A stretch of DNA of 64,000 nt, taken from contig OX597820.1 in NCBI GenBank assembly GCA_951406725.2, positions 96,286,001 to 96,350,000 of the forward strand, written 5' to 3'. The translations under genes were made by a program, and so were the position numbers. This document shows positions 12,658-27,314 of the stretch, piece after piece. The stretch comes from Octopus vulgaris (Eukaryota). Within the stretch, counting starts at the first letter, position 1, and each line of letters starts with the position of its first letter. The notes beneath the pieces are model-generated. The model had not been told where the DNA came from, did no database searches, and saw only the letters and a program-made list of their open reading frames with translations.

Positions 12658-12879
12658 AAATTAAGCAACAAGAATGAATCTGGTAATTTAGTACAAGTGT
12701 TTCATACTACAACATTTTATTAAAAGCTGTAAATATTACACCAGATTTAAGATGCCGAGTAATCTTCAACTAATTTTATATAGGTTTTCCAATAATATAA
12801 AGTTCTCAAATCAATTAATAACATCTTAGGGAAGGTAAATATACAGATAAAGATGTAGATATGAATCCTAAGAACATGG

Positions 12880-13362
12880 GGTCGTGTAGTTTGGATGCCA
12901 ACTGACCAAAATCTTGTTTACAACTGACTGTTGTCAGAAAATTTCTTTAGTTATAAGGATAGGGGTAAGGGCAGGTCAAGAATTCAAGTTAGTTGAAGAA
13001 AAGAAGAGGAAAATTCAGGAGATGTAAAAGAAGAACAGATTGTCACTAGAATAACGGGTCAATTTATTTATGTGGTGACAAAAACTTTAGGTCAGTGTAG
13101 AAAGATCAATAAATTCTTAGGAACATATGAGGTAGTAGGTCAGCTACTAACTGACCAAACCTTACTTTCAACTGAAAGCCATCCGAATATTTTGGTAGGA
13201 ATTTAGGTAAGGGGATGTGAAAGAATACTGTAAAAGGGGTTTAAGTTAGTTGCGGAAAAAATACATGAAGAGAATTTAGGTTGTCACTAGAACAGAAAGC
13301 TATTTATTTTTATGTGGTGAGAAAAAATCTAGGTCAATGTCCAGAGGTCAATTAAATTCTTT
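12880..13362. repeat. Diverged tandem duplication, period about 245 bp
   Basis: AACTGACCAAA...AAGTTAGTTG...TTGTCACTAGAA...TTTTATGTGGTGA...TAGGTCA...TAAATTCTT occurs twice. Confidence 0.7.
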
Positions 13363-13469
13363 TACAAAGGGTAGGGGAACAAAACCTCATCTAATTTATA
13401 GTAGGTGTCGTATTTTATAACTGGGGGAATGGTATTAAATGTTATTAAATTGCATCTTTCCCCAAATCT

Positions 13470-15030
13470 ATTCTAATTTTAACATGCAACCTACAAGAAA
13501 CACTCAAAATCTTTCTAGTTTGAACTTCCATAAGGCAAAATGGAAACAAATTGAGAAAGAGATCCTCAAATAAAACTGGCCTAGACGTCTCTCCTCGCCG
13601 GACGTTGACATGAAACTTCAACAATTCATATGTGTATTGCTAGCTATAATCCTACAAATGTGTTCCGGATAGAAAGGTCACTATACACAAGAACAAAATC
13701 CCCAGGGAGAGGAAAATTCTTATGACGGCGTATAAAAATTTCAAATCGCCAAAACAAAAAAAAATGGAAGCAGCGAAAAATTCCGCCTGAAAATACAACC
13801 GCTGAAGATTGAAAAAATCTGCAACCTTCCCTTGAAAAAGAAAGAAGCCTGGGCTATAGACAATATAAAATCTAACCCTAGAACCTTCTACAAGTTTGCC
13901 AATGCAACAGCCTCAGTGCACTGCAGGATAGGGCCACTCTTCGAAAAAGATGACTCACTCCCAGGAAACACGAGGATAAGTGAAATACTAAATGAGCAAT
14001 TCAAAAGTGTTTTCACTTCACCCCTAGGACACTTGGAAGTCAGCAATCCGACTCTTTCACCACTGTAGATATATAAAAAAAAAAGAGGCAGTGTTGATTG
14101 ATTGCATTAATATAAAAGACGGTGTAATAAGGGATATAGATGAAATGAACTACTGTTCATAGTGACCCTCACAGATATTCCCTCACCCTCACAGAGAGAC
14201 ACGATCACAAGTTATGCAGATGATACAAAATCTCACAGGTGATACAGAACCCTGAAGACGCTATGCACCCGTCATGTGAGTTGGATGAAATATACAAGTG
14301 GATTGAGAAGAATAGCATGAAATTTAGGCAGCTGACCGGATGGATTCTTAGAACTTATACAAAGAGAGATCAGGAAACCCTGATGGTCCTCTGGAGGACA
14401 TTTGTCCTAAGCTCCTTTGACTAGCTATGGTAATCAGTATGGTCACTAACCAATGTAAAATTAATTTCAGAACTTCAGGCAATCCAACGAAGCTATACGA
14501 AAAATTTAACCTCTATGCAACATACTAGCAAGTGGGAAAAACTCAAGAGATTGAGACTTTATTCCCTAGAGCGTAGGTGAGAAATATATGCTATAATATA
14601 CATCTGGAAGATCCTAGAGGGACTTGTCCCAAACTTTGTCATCGAGAGTTACACTAATGCTAGAACAGGGCGCCACTGCATAGTGCCAAAGACTCCAATT
14701 TTGCCGTCAAGATATAGGAAAAGATGTTGCAGCAGCCTGGGCTTTAAAGGCCCACAGCTCTTCAATATACTCCCGAAGAACCTGAAAGACCTACATGGGG
14801 TGATGTAAATGTCTTCAAAATGAAACTAGAACTCTTACTGTCAAGTGTCTCAGATAAACAAACTTCAGATAAACAAAGTGCAGATTGGGGGCAGCGGCAT
14901 CAAACTTCTACATGCATCACACGTCAATTTTAAAAAAAAATAGTTAAGTAAAATTATGTAGCAACACTAAATGGCGGTACCCCAGCATAGCCACAGCTCA
15001 TGAGCTGAAACCAGACCAGATCAAATCATA
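13470..15030 (+). mobile_element. CR1-group LINE ORF2 remnant with internal deletions
   Basis: IKSNPRTFYKFA, SEILNEQFKSVFTS, RT motif TSYADDTK (~14207), GWILRT, LRLYSLERR*, IWKILEGLVPN; frameshifted. Confidence 0.8.
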
Positions 15031-15033
15031 TAA

Positions 15034-16078
15034 AATGCGAATTGTTTTGATTTGCTACTTTAACTCCTCCGAAACTATCCAACAGAACTTCATGAATCTT
15101 GACACGTGTGGGACTTATGCCCATGCGGTCACTTACACACTTGGAATTTTTAAAAAATCGATTTTCAATCAACATCGATTTTTCAAAATCGTAAAATTTC
15201 AGCTTATTTTGCACTAGCCATCGTGATATCAATTTTACGAAAAATGCAGAAATTTGACGAGAAATGTGTCATGGGTATAAACAGATAGCTTCTTAACGGT
15301 AATCTATTTAGTATTTGCAAATTCTTTATTTCAATGAGAATTGTTTTCATTTGCTAAAACTTATTATTTCAATTCCTTGTTTCAATTCCCCAGCGTTTCA
15401 AGCTTTAAATAGATAAGTGCATTTTATTTCTCAAACACAATTTAGGCATTTTGCGAACTAGTCGTTGTGACATCAATTTAATGAAATCTGCCCCAAAGCG
15501 TAAAATTTCGCCATTTTACGTACATGCACAAAATTGACGACGACGCGGGTTTGCTGCCAGACTCCGTTCAGTTTTTCATCAAATTGGTCCTACCTATTAA
15601 TAAAGATTTCAATTTTTTTTTTAAATGGCAAAATTTAGCGAAAAATATTTCATAGCTATCTTATTAACGGTAATTTATATATAAATTTTCTAATTCTGCA
15701 TTTCAATGCGAATTGTTTTCATTTGCTAAAACTTATTATTTCTATTCGTTGTTTTCATTCTCCAGCGTTTCAGATTCTGATTACGTAAGAGCATTTTATT
15801 TCTCAAGCTAAATTTAGGCATTTTGCGCACTAGCCGTCGGGACTTCAATTTGACGAAATCTGCCCCAAAGCGTAAAACTTCGCCATTTTACGCACATGCA
15901 CAAAAATGACGACAACACAAGATCGCTACCAGATTCTGCTCATTTTTCCGTCAAATTGTTCGTACCCATTAATATAGATTTTTAATTTTTAAAAAATGTC
16001 GAAATTTGACGAAAAATGTTTCATGGCTATCAATAGACATCTTATTAACGGTAATTTATTCCCGGGTACCTCAGTTTG
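15034..16078 (+). repeat. Internally repeated element (about 372-bp tandem subunits), possibly a non-autonomous Helitron
   Basis: AATG(C/A)GAATTGTTTT.ATTTGCTA at 15034, 15333 and 15705; ends CCCGGGTACCTCAG, resembling a decayed Helitron 3' end. Confidence 0.6.
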
Positions 16079-16080
16079 TG

Positions 16081-16125
<45 letters not shown>

Positions 16126-16166
16126 GTGTGTGTGCGTGTGTGTGTGTGTGTGTATGAATATATATA

Positions 16167-17394
<1,228 letters not shown>

Positions 17395-17414
17395 GGACAT
17401 GAATATATATGTGC

Positions 17415-17489
<75 letters not shown>

Positions 17490-17643
17490 CGTATGTATAT
17501 ATATATGTGTGTGTGTGTATGTATGTGTATGTATATATATATGTGTGTGTATATATGTATGTATATATGTGTGTATGTATATATATGTGTATTAATCTAT
17601 ACATACGTATATATATATGCATAAATATATATGTGTGTGTATG

Positions 17644-17693
<50 letters not shown>

Positions 17694-18499
17694 GTATGTA
17701 TATATGTATGTATATATATGTGTGTGTATATATACATATATACATATGCATGAATGTATGTATGTTTGAATGTGTATTTATGTGCATGTGTGTTTGTCCG
17801 TGTGCGCGCACAAGTGTGTATGTGCGTGTATGTATGTATGTATGTATGCATAAGTTTCTGCCTTCTCTCTATTCCTTCTCTTTGTCTCTGCCTCTTTCTT
17901 GAGCTGTTGCAATTATCTGCCAAATATTGCTTAGCTTACATCTGACCGTCTTAAAATAAAGAGTAAATAAGAACTATTAACGACAGAATAGACAAACTGG
18001 AATGGTTTTCATCATCTGCCTGTTCTATTTATCTCTTGTGGTATTAAACAACCACAGAAGCAAACAATAGGATAATTTGAAATACATTTCTCTTTCATAT
18101 GATTACTCTATAAAATGAAAAGAAAATGAAAACATTTATCTGATCACGCTCTAAATTAATTGTCTAGTTAATATCATATAAATTTATACCATCTAATGTG
18201 AAGCTATATGGAAGTAAATACGACCTGTCACAAGTAGAGGTTCAAAATGTAGTTATTACGTCGGCTTTTAGCAGCATGATGGGATAATGTTAAACCAAAA
18301 TATGGTAATGTAATTTATGAACGACCACCAGCAAACAAATTACAAAAATAAAACTTACGTGGAATAAGTGTCATATCAGTACATTCAACTTAGAGGTGAG
18401 CAATGATTATAGAAATTGTTATACTGAATATATTGGGTAGTTAGATAAATTCGTTCGCTTTTGTTTTTTGTGTTTTTAATGTTCTTTTGTCTTTTATCT

Positions 18500-18893
18500 T
18501 TTACATTTTGCAGTCATTAGATTGCGACCATGCTGGGGCACCGCCTTGAAGAATGTTGAAGTCGAATGAATCGACTTCTGTAATTATTTTCTTTTTAAGA
18601 CCTGGTATTTTTACTATCGGGCTATTTTGCCGAACCGCAAAGGTACTGGGACGTAAACACATCAGCACGGGTTGTCTAGCATTGTGGAGAGGAACAAAAA
18701 CAGGCAAAAAGGCACACATGCACGCGCGCATATACATATATGTTTATATATACGACAGACATCTAGCTTCCGTCTACCACTCACAAGGCCTTTGGGTCAT
18801 TGTAGAAGACACTTGCCTAAGGTACCACGCAGTGGGACTGAACCCGGAAGCATGTGGTTGAGAAGCAAGCTCTTTACAATACAGCCACGCCTT
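18500..18893 (-). mobile_element. tRNA-derived SINE (family D), diverged
   Basis: Homologous to 50165-50565 and 59222-59708 (GAAGACACTTGCC.AAGGT.CCACGCAGTGGGACTGAACCC). Confidence 0.8.
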
Positions 18894-19099
18894 ATTTAAA
18901 ATAACACGAAAAATATTTTTATCGTGGTGTCCTTTTTTTTAGCACTATCCTTCTATAACTTTTGTTTATCGGTTTTGAAATTTCAATAAATGTTAACCTT
19001 ACTCAGATATTTGACAATGGATTGCCAGTTAAGAAAAAAATTAGCATTTTCCACACCTGTTTCTCTTTGCTTTCCATCAAGGTTCCAGATCTGCCAAAA

Positions 19100-19345
19100 C
19101 TGATCGATACATCTATACTGTGTACAGAGAAAGCATTATTACAGGAATAACTGTAAGGAAAGGATTTTTATGATTCAAGAATTTCGACCTCACAGACTCT
19201 CCATGTTCCAGCCGACCTGTTCAGCTTAACGAAGATCGATTGAATGATCTCATCCACGAAGTACTGCGGCAAACCATTAGCGAAATTGGTCCAGTAGATG
19301 TGATATTCTCAAGACTCCTGTCACCTTCATTCGATAGGAAACCCA
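19100..19345 (+). pseudogene. Mariner transposase N-terminal fragment
   Basis: NFDLTD...RPVQLNEDRLNDLIHE resembles FDLKD...RPVEFDEERFNQLLH of the 56603 mariner. Confidence 0.55.
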
Positions 19346-19620
19346 ACCGAATCGATAAGCAATACTGCGTGTTTCTTCAAAACGGCAACGGTTGCCCCGA
19401 TGCCACTAATTTGACCAAAATACTATTCAAGTGCTGCTGTATCCATCCTGTTCTCATCATCGCCATTTTCAGTCGGTCTCCAACATTATTCCATAGTAGA
19501 GAACATTTGCCCAAACTGTCACGCAGTAGAACTGAACCTGAAACCATGTGGTTTGGAAGCAAACTTCTTACCACACAGCTACGCCTGCACCTTACAGCCA
19601 CACAACCCCACGCCCGCCCC

Positions 19621-19663
<43 letters not shown>

Positions 19664-19713
19664 ATGTATATGTGTATATATATAATCAAACGTACACACA
19701 CACATACACACAC

Positions 19714-19744
<31 letters not shown>

Positions 19745-20010
19745 GTAGAAAAATGTTACGAAAAGAAAATATAAAATACACGTGGAAATGTAAGGCTAAA
19801 ATATGAAAAAACGAAAATGCATATTGCAAATAGAAAAAGCCTTTTTATGACAGGTAGTGACAAATATATACATTTAGATTGACTGAGGTAGTAATACGAG
19901 TCATAAAGGTCATTATTATGAGATGATTATAAGATGATAATAAAGTAAGAGAACAAAACGAACCAATAGTTTACGCGAAGGCTATTCATCGTTTGAATAT
20001 ATACTATATA

Positions 20011-20046
<36 letters not shown>

Positions 20047-20062
20047 AACAAGAATAGTATTG

Positions 20063-20107
20063 ACAGTAACTTTGAAGTTTCGACCAGCTAAGCCATCATC
20101 AGACTGT
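20063..20107 (-). ncRNA. Minimal type I hammerhead ribozyme
   Basis: ACAGU-CUGAUGA-U GGCU UAGCU GGUC-GAAA-CUU CA AAG-U-U-ACUGU; 5-bp stem I, wobble-rich stem II, GUU triplet. Confidence 0.65.
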
Positions 20108-20184
20108 TGTACTTTTGAGTTCATTATGGCTATATATATTTTCTGTTAATTAAAGATTTTATAGGGTAAGCTGAGTTCTCTTGA

Positions 20185-21715
20185 ATGCTAATACTGTTCC
20201 CAAGGACCCAAAGATAATTGGCACTATCTTCATTTACTTCATTTTCCACAGCTGGGCCATTTCGTACTTACGAGGGTTATATCTATCTATCTTTTCGCCT
20301 TCTTCCTCCACTATTCGTGGGTCAAAGGGACATGCAACATCAACTATATAGCATATGTGGTGCACCTTGTCCACCACTACTAAGTTCGGTCTGTTGCGCT
20401 CTAGCACCTGATCTGTTTGGAATGAGAACTCCCAGAGGATTTTGCTAGTCCCCGACTCCACCGCACTCGGCGGTTTATGCTCATGTCACGTCTGCCTCTT
20501 TCTTGCCCCCACTTTCCGTACAGTTTCCAATGGAGCGTTTTCGCTACCTGGTTGTATCGCCACAACTTGTAATGGTTTAAGGCAGGTCTATAGCATTCGT
20601 TCGTGATATGGGAAATAGTTACATCCACTCTATTGCAGATGCGGCACAGTGGAGACACTCGCTTATTCCTAAGGTTGACCCTGCAGTTCGTGGCCAAAGC
20701 TTAGTATTGTGCTTCCAGTATAGTGCTCTCGGCTTCCTTTTTCAAGTTCCTTTCAGCAGCCAATCCTACCTAATTTTTCCAGGGAATTCTGTTGTGGATA
20801 AATGGAACTGATTGTGTAGTCTTTTGTTGTGTAATTCTTCTTCACGTCCATTTTGTACTTCTTCCTTTGTTTTCACTTCTTTCTCTGTTCTCAATACTTC
20901 CTCGTTCCTGACTGTCACTAGCAAGGCTTCCTTACTTTGGGCTCGGTATTTCATTAAGCTCGTGCTTGATACGCACGCAGTCTTCCATACTTATCAGTCC
21001 CCTTCCTCCACTTGCTCTCTTCATGTATAGGCGATTAGTGTCTGCTCGTGGATGGTGGGCTCCATACATCGTTAGGAGCTTTCTTGACTTCCTGTCCATC
21101 TCCTTTATCTCCTCTTCTGTCCACTTCAGGATTCCAGCGCCATACCGAACTACTGTGACTGCCCGCGAGTTTATTGCCGAAATTATGTTTCTGGCATTCA
21201 GCTTTGGAACCAATATTTTTCCAACTCGCCGCAGGTACTGTCATTTTGTCTTTTCCTTCATGTCGTGGTGTTTGATCCCATCTGACTCAAGTATTCTCAG
21301 GTATTTATAGCTGAATTGAAGTTGCATTGCCTTCATAATTTCACCACTTCGCAACCCTATACCTTCTGTCCTGGCAAGCTTTCCTCGTCTCATCAGTATC
21401 GTAGCAAATTTTGAGAATCCAAACTCCATCTTAATATCATCGGAGAAAATCCGCACAAACTGGACAAGGCTGTTCAGTGGTCCTCGGGGTTTTTTTGAAT
21501 AGCTTCAAGCTGTCCATGAATAGCAAGTGGTTTAGTTTTTCCCTTACCTCTTCCAGATCATACCCCAACTTTGTTTTCTGTATTTCACTCAAGGGAGATC
21601 ATTCCCAGCACGAATATCAGTGGGGACACATTGTCCCTTTGGAAGATTCTCTCTTGATTTTCACCTCTCCTAGTACTGCTGTCAATTCTGTTCTCCAGCA
21701 TTTCATGCTATTCCA
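20185..21715 (-). mobile_element. R4/Dong-type non-LTR retrotransposon, 5'-truncated and degenerate (RT C-terminus, CCHC, REL)
   Basis: KLNHLLFMDSLKL (RT), KMEFGFSK, RLYMKRASGGRGL, CRICNRVDVTISHITNEC (CCHC), KILWEFSFQTD..RPNLVVVD; abuts (TAA)n. Confidence 0.9.
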
Positions 21716-21731
21716 TTAATATTATTATTAA

Positions 21732-21771
<40 letters not shown>

Positions 21772-21778
21772 GTTACTA

Positions 21779-21852
<74 letters not shown>

Positions 21853-21855
<3 letters not shown>

Positions 21856-22309
21856 TAGTTTTATTTTTATAGCGTGCTTTCACTTCACTACCGAGCGCAG
21901 CTCTGTGTGCCTTGGGTATGTGCTGTGATTTGTTGTGATGCTCTGATGGTTATTGTATGGAAAGTGTTCTGCGTAGGATGTGTGCAGTGCCTAGTAGTGC
22001 AATTTTCTGTATGTTATATGTGTTTGTAAGTCCTGGTGTTTTTGTTATGTATTTGTCTGAATATTTTTTTATCATGCCTAATGCACCTACTATGATAGGA
22101 ATTGTTTCTGTTTTCAGGTTCCACATTCTAGTTACCTCTATTTCCAGGTCTTTGTATTTTGAGAGTTTCTCCATTTCTTTTAGAGACACGTTGTCATCTG
22201 CCGGTATTGATACATCAATTAGAAAGCATTTTTTTTCTTCATGATCTCTGACAACTATATCTGGTCTGTTGGCCTTAATTTCTCTATCTGTGTGAGAAAT
22301 TAAGGCCAA
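21853..22309 (-). mobile_element. R4/Dong-type LINE 3' fragment with uninterrupted REL-domain C-terminus
   Basis: ORF 21950-22309: NRPDIVVRD...LIDVSIP...EKLSKYKDL...PIIVGALG; flanked by (TAA)n on both sides. Confidence 0.9.
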
Positions 22310-22335
22310 TTATTATTATTACTATTATTATTATT

Positions 22336-22380
<45 letters not shown>

Positions 22381-22387
22381 GTTACTA

Positions 22388-22442
<55 letters not shown>

Positions 22443-22443
<1 letters not shown>

Positions 22444-22998
22444 TAGTGAGAGAGCCGTGCATGCAATCAAAGTGACACTGGGATAAAATATAGAAGCCCG
22501 GTCTATCCATCATGACTACTCGTTCAATAAGGGGACATGAGGCACAAGAATCACAACCATATGTGCGCCACATGGTGATCCCATATAAAGATAAACAGCA
22601 CATAACTATGCAGGTGTGACCCAGTTAGAATTTTCTTCGGGTTGAGTAGCCCATCACGCTCAATAGGTCCCTGAACAAGTGTTGTTTAAGGATGTGGAAC
22701 AAAACACCCATGTTTCCAGAGGTGAATTACTAAAACCCCAAAGAATTCCTCTCAAAACATGGCGATGATGCTCCCCCACTACTTCTGCTCGTGATCAGAA
22801 TTGCACACGTCGTCAACCACTAAGAGACATGCTCAAGTAGTTAAGGTCAATCAACTGACAAGCAAATCTAGGGCACTGAGGAGAATATTTGCTGTAGCCC
22901 ATCTTTTGTAACAAGACAAAACATGTACATGATTACATTTCCAATCAGTAAAATCAGAAGCCATTAGAGCCACTGCTTGGTACTACATCCGGGCATTT
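22443..22998. mobile_element. Unclassified non-coding insert in (TTA)n
   Basis: GC-richer block bounded by (TTA)n tracts; no recognisable coding motif. Confidence 0.35.
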
Positions 22999-23039
22999 GT
23001 TTATTTATTCATTTATTATTATTATTATTATTATTATTA

Positions 23040-23131
<92 letters not shown>

Positions 23132-23643
23132 TACTTTTAATCTGCATGTTTGTTACAATCACTTTCCGAGACGGATTCAGTGTCTTAGGGTATGTGAAGG
23201 ATAAGAGATGTTACGGTATGACTGAAAGCTTGGTGACGGCAAGTTGCAGGGGTAGTAGCGAAATATCTTCATGTAATACAACACAGAGATTTAAATTGAT
23301 AAGGTTATCACTTAATTATGTTTATAATTATGAAAAAAAAAATTTCTTTAAGTTTTTACCGATAATGTTTTTTTTTTCCATACCGAACTACTTGGTAAAA
23401 TTTGTTAATTATTAAATTAATAATTCTTTATCCTATATCTATAATGATAATTTCACTCCCTGATAGCAAATTGCAGTTTTTTCTGTGGTACTATGTTGTG
23501 ACGCACATGGTGAACTGAGAGATGAATACGGAATTACTCGTCTATATAAATTCGGAAGTGCCGTTTATCTTATGTTATGTTCGATGTCGCTAGATCGAGC
23601 GTGCATGAGTTTTGTTAGCATTTTCAGATTTATAATCTTGAAT

Positions 23644-23702
23644 ATCATGCTGACGAAGGAAATGAATTTTACACAATTCTAATCCGGAAACGCGTACATG
23701 AT
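23644..23702 (+). ncRNA. Type I hammerhead ribozyme
   Basis: AUCAUG-CUGACGA-A GGA aau GAAUU uuacac AAUUC uaa UCC G-GAAA-C GC G-U-A-CAUGAU; 6-bp stem I, palindromic ACGCGU stem III, GUA. Confidence 0.8.
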
Positions 23703-23872
23703 GAACGAAGGTTGGTTAGTTTCGTTATTTTTTCTTCTTTTTGCCTATGTGAGTTACGAGTTTTACTGTCTGTGGAGATGTATTGTAGTGGAAGAATTAG
23801 TAGTTTTGACTGCTATTTCTAAATTTCGGTATGTGGTGAAGTAACTTTTGCTGATCCCTTAATTATGTATAA

Positions 23873-23928
<56 letters not shown>

Positions 23929-23969
23929 ATGTATGCATGTATGTATGTATGTATATATATATATGTATA

Positions 23970-24012
<43 letters not shown>

Positions 24013-24044
24013 GTTTGTATGTATATATATGTATGTATATATAC

Positions 24045-24087
<43 letters not shown>

Positions 24088-24123
24088 ACGAAGTCAACGA
24101 TCGGCGTGAGTTCGAAGCCTCTG

Positions 24124-24152
<29 letters not shown>

Positions 24153-24159
<7 letters not shown>

Positions 24160-24399
24160 ATATGTACAATTATTCAATAGTCAAGATAAAACTCTGAGTT
24201 TCGGATGCTGAAGTGGAAATCCACAACACCATGTCTTTGGTTATCGAAAAGATGGTGTTGTGGATTTCCACTTCGGCATCCGAAACTCAGAGCTTTATCT
24301 TGACTATTGAATAATTGTACATATTATTTTAAAGATGAATTTCCTCTATTTACATAATATTGAGGTCTCTTTCTTTCTTTTGTTATCTTACCGTTTTTA

Positions 24400-24401
<2 letters not shown>
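24153..24401. mobile_element. TA-inserted fold-back element with 80-bp inverted arms and a decayed hammerhead
   Basis: 24153-24232 vs 24252-24331 with 2 mismatches; minus strand 24185-24245 reads GAUAA-CCAAAGA...GAAA-CUC A GAG-UU-UUAUC. Confidence 0.75.
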
Positions 24402-24454
<53 letters not shown>

Positions 24455-24879
24455 TTGTCTACATATGTGCAAGTGTGTGTGAGTATTATGTGTTTGTCTG
24501 TCGGTGAGAGAGAGTGTGTGTGTCTCTCTTTAAATTAATGATAGCTCTTAAGAATTTTCCATACTTGTTATTGCTGTTGGCTGTTTAGGAAAAGAATTTT
24601 GCAACGTTCATTATTTTCAATATACGTTTTCTTAAGTAGCTAATTTAAAAGCACGCCTTTTACCATAATTGTACACGTGATCTGTACTTTATACATAGTT
24701 TAAAATATGTTGAAAAGTTTTGTGTTTCTTTATCTGTTAATAAAATAACAGGAAACAAAATATGTATAGACTTAAATTCAAGAGACTAATGTGAATATCT
24801 TTAAAATATAATATGAAAATTTGTAATTACAGCCTATGACTGAATTCAGGAATTCAAATATATATCTTTATTTTTCACA

Positions 24880-25080
24880 TATTTCAGTCGTTAGACTGCG
24901 GCCATGTCGGGGTACCGCCTTGAAAAGAGGTTTTAGACGAATAAATCGACTCAAGTACTTTTTATCTAAGCCTGGTACTTAACGTTTTGTTTTGTCGAAC
25001 TGTTGAGTTGCAAGGACTGAAATGAACCAACACCGACTGTCAAGCAGTGGTGGGGGACAAACACAGACGCCCGCACACAC
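24880..25080 (-). mobile_element. SINE family D, 3' half
   Basis: TTTCAGTCGTTAGACTGCGGCCATG...GGGGGACAAACACAGAC matches the region from ~50185. Confidence 0.65.
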
Positions 25081-26175
25081 ATACACACATACCACACGCA
25101 CACCCATGCGCGTACACGTACAGACACAAACATACATACTTACATACATATATTGAAAAAGGGAGATAGATAGTGATGCATATTAACACGATTAAGATTG
25201 ATATATGAATATACAGACACACATACAAATATATACAGGGATATATATAGATGCAAGAACTAAATATATTCTGAAGATAAGCACATATGTACAAGTATAT
25301 AGATATTTAATATATACGAAAATTTACTTTAACATGGAGTATAAAAGACACGGTAAACTAAGAGGAGAATACATAGTTCGTTTTTTTTAACTCGATAGTT
25401 GTCACTGGGATTTTGGAATTATGTATTAGTTAAAATGTTCATAATTAGCAGATGGAACGTGCGAAATCTTATGGATATGCAACTAGTAGATGGATGCATA
25501 GAGAAATTACCGTAATACAGGCTTCCTTCATCAGGAGGGGGAAATTGGCAGCAGTTCACATCGTGATGCGACAGACTTAAAGGTTGAATGGGGGAACAGG
25601 AAGAGACGAGCAAATGACAGGGAGAGGGAGCTTGCAGGCGGCTTAGGGAAGAGTATAGAAAAGAAAGGAAGATCAAGAGAAGAGAAGAAATACAAGGCAA
25701 TAAAAGTCACTAAAGGAGGTAAACATGTACAGTTGCGGTGTATAATTTTTTAAGTAACACATTATACGTGACGATTGGCGTAATTTTATTTCTTATTGTT
25801 GGGATAGAATTTCCATCTTATGTTCTGTTTGATTATTTTGTAAATTGAAACCTGAGATAAAAATCATACAAGGGAGGTAATATCATAATTTTTTTTTAAT
25901 GCGTTATATCTGTAGTGACCAATTTCGGGATTAACCCAACGGATTTTTCACCTCTGTTAGCTTGCTTTCCTCAATTCAGCACGATGTGTATGTTATAGTG
26001 ATGTATATTGCATGTGGTGATTGACGATTTAAACTCTATTTCTCAGCATATTGGCATAGGAATTTTTCTTTTGCCTTTATTTATAATAGTCTATAATTTC
26101 CACCTGAAAAAGTATTTTAATATGCAGGCCACTTGATGAAATTTTTTGCAAAAAGTTTATCCTATATTAGAATTG

Positions 26176-26281
<106 letters not shown>

Positions 26282-26307
26282 TGTATATGTATAAATGTAT
26301 GTATATG

Positions 26308-26468
26308 CAAGCGTAGCTGTGTGGTAAGAAGCTTGCTTCCCAACCACATGGTTCCAGGTTCAATCCCATTGCGTAGCACCTTGAACAAGTGTTTTCTACT
26401 ATACCCTCGGGCCGACCAAAGCGTTGTGAGTGGATTTGTTAGACAGAAACTGAAAGAAGACCGTCGTA
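26308..26468 (+). mobile_element. SINE family D, 5' half
   Basis: GCTGTGTGGTAAGAAGCTTGCTTCCCAACCACATGGTTCCAGGTTCAATCCC tRNA-like head. Confidence 0.8.
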
Positions 26469-26579
26469 TATATATATATACATATATATACTTTATTAAT
26501 AAAACATATTACTCTACCTCCGGTATTCGATACTATTTTTCCACCTTGTTTCACATCTATCTGCTTTCTCTGGTATATG

Positions 26580-26682
<103 letters not shown>

Positions 26683-27283
26683 GTATGTATGTATGTATGT
26701 ATGTATGTATACTTAATGTGTCTTATGTTTGTTATTCACTCAATAGCGGTGAATAATACTTGGATTTTCACGAGGAGTATTAGAAGCATCAATTCAGGTG
26801 TTTGCTTTGCGTGTGAATGTTCAAAAAACAACTTAGTGAATAGAGTTTTATGAAAATATGTTGGTGGGCATTAGGATAGTTTACTTTTTGAGATGAAGCG
26901 ATGAAAGTAAGCACTAGAAAAGTTTATTTTTTTCCCGTTACTTGACATAATTATATTAAGTTTCCTTCTTGCCGTCGTTGTCAAATATTAAACGAGAATT
27001 AGAAAATTTAGCGGTGGTGTGTTGTTTCTTTTAATTTTCATTGCTAATTTCAATTCTTCTTTAAACTAACGACAGCAAAACAAATGAAAATTTATAGAAA
27101 TAAAGAAAAATCTAATAAAAATCTTTATTCAATTAATATCAACGATGTCAAAGAATTCTAAATTGACTTTAAAATTAATTTTGTTTGTTTTTTAATTTAA
27201 AATGTACATAGCGATAAATATTGATTAGATGTTTGTTTTCAAGACTGTCATCAACATAAAGGTAGATGTGCACGCGCGCGTGC

Positions 27284-27314
<31 letters not shown>

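Noticed and set aside
25515-25545. Minus-strand CTGATGAAGG
   Set aside because: No downstream GAAA or stem III; at most a remnant
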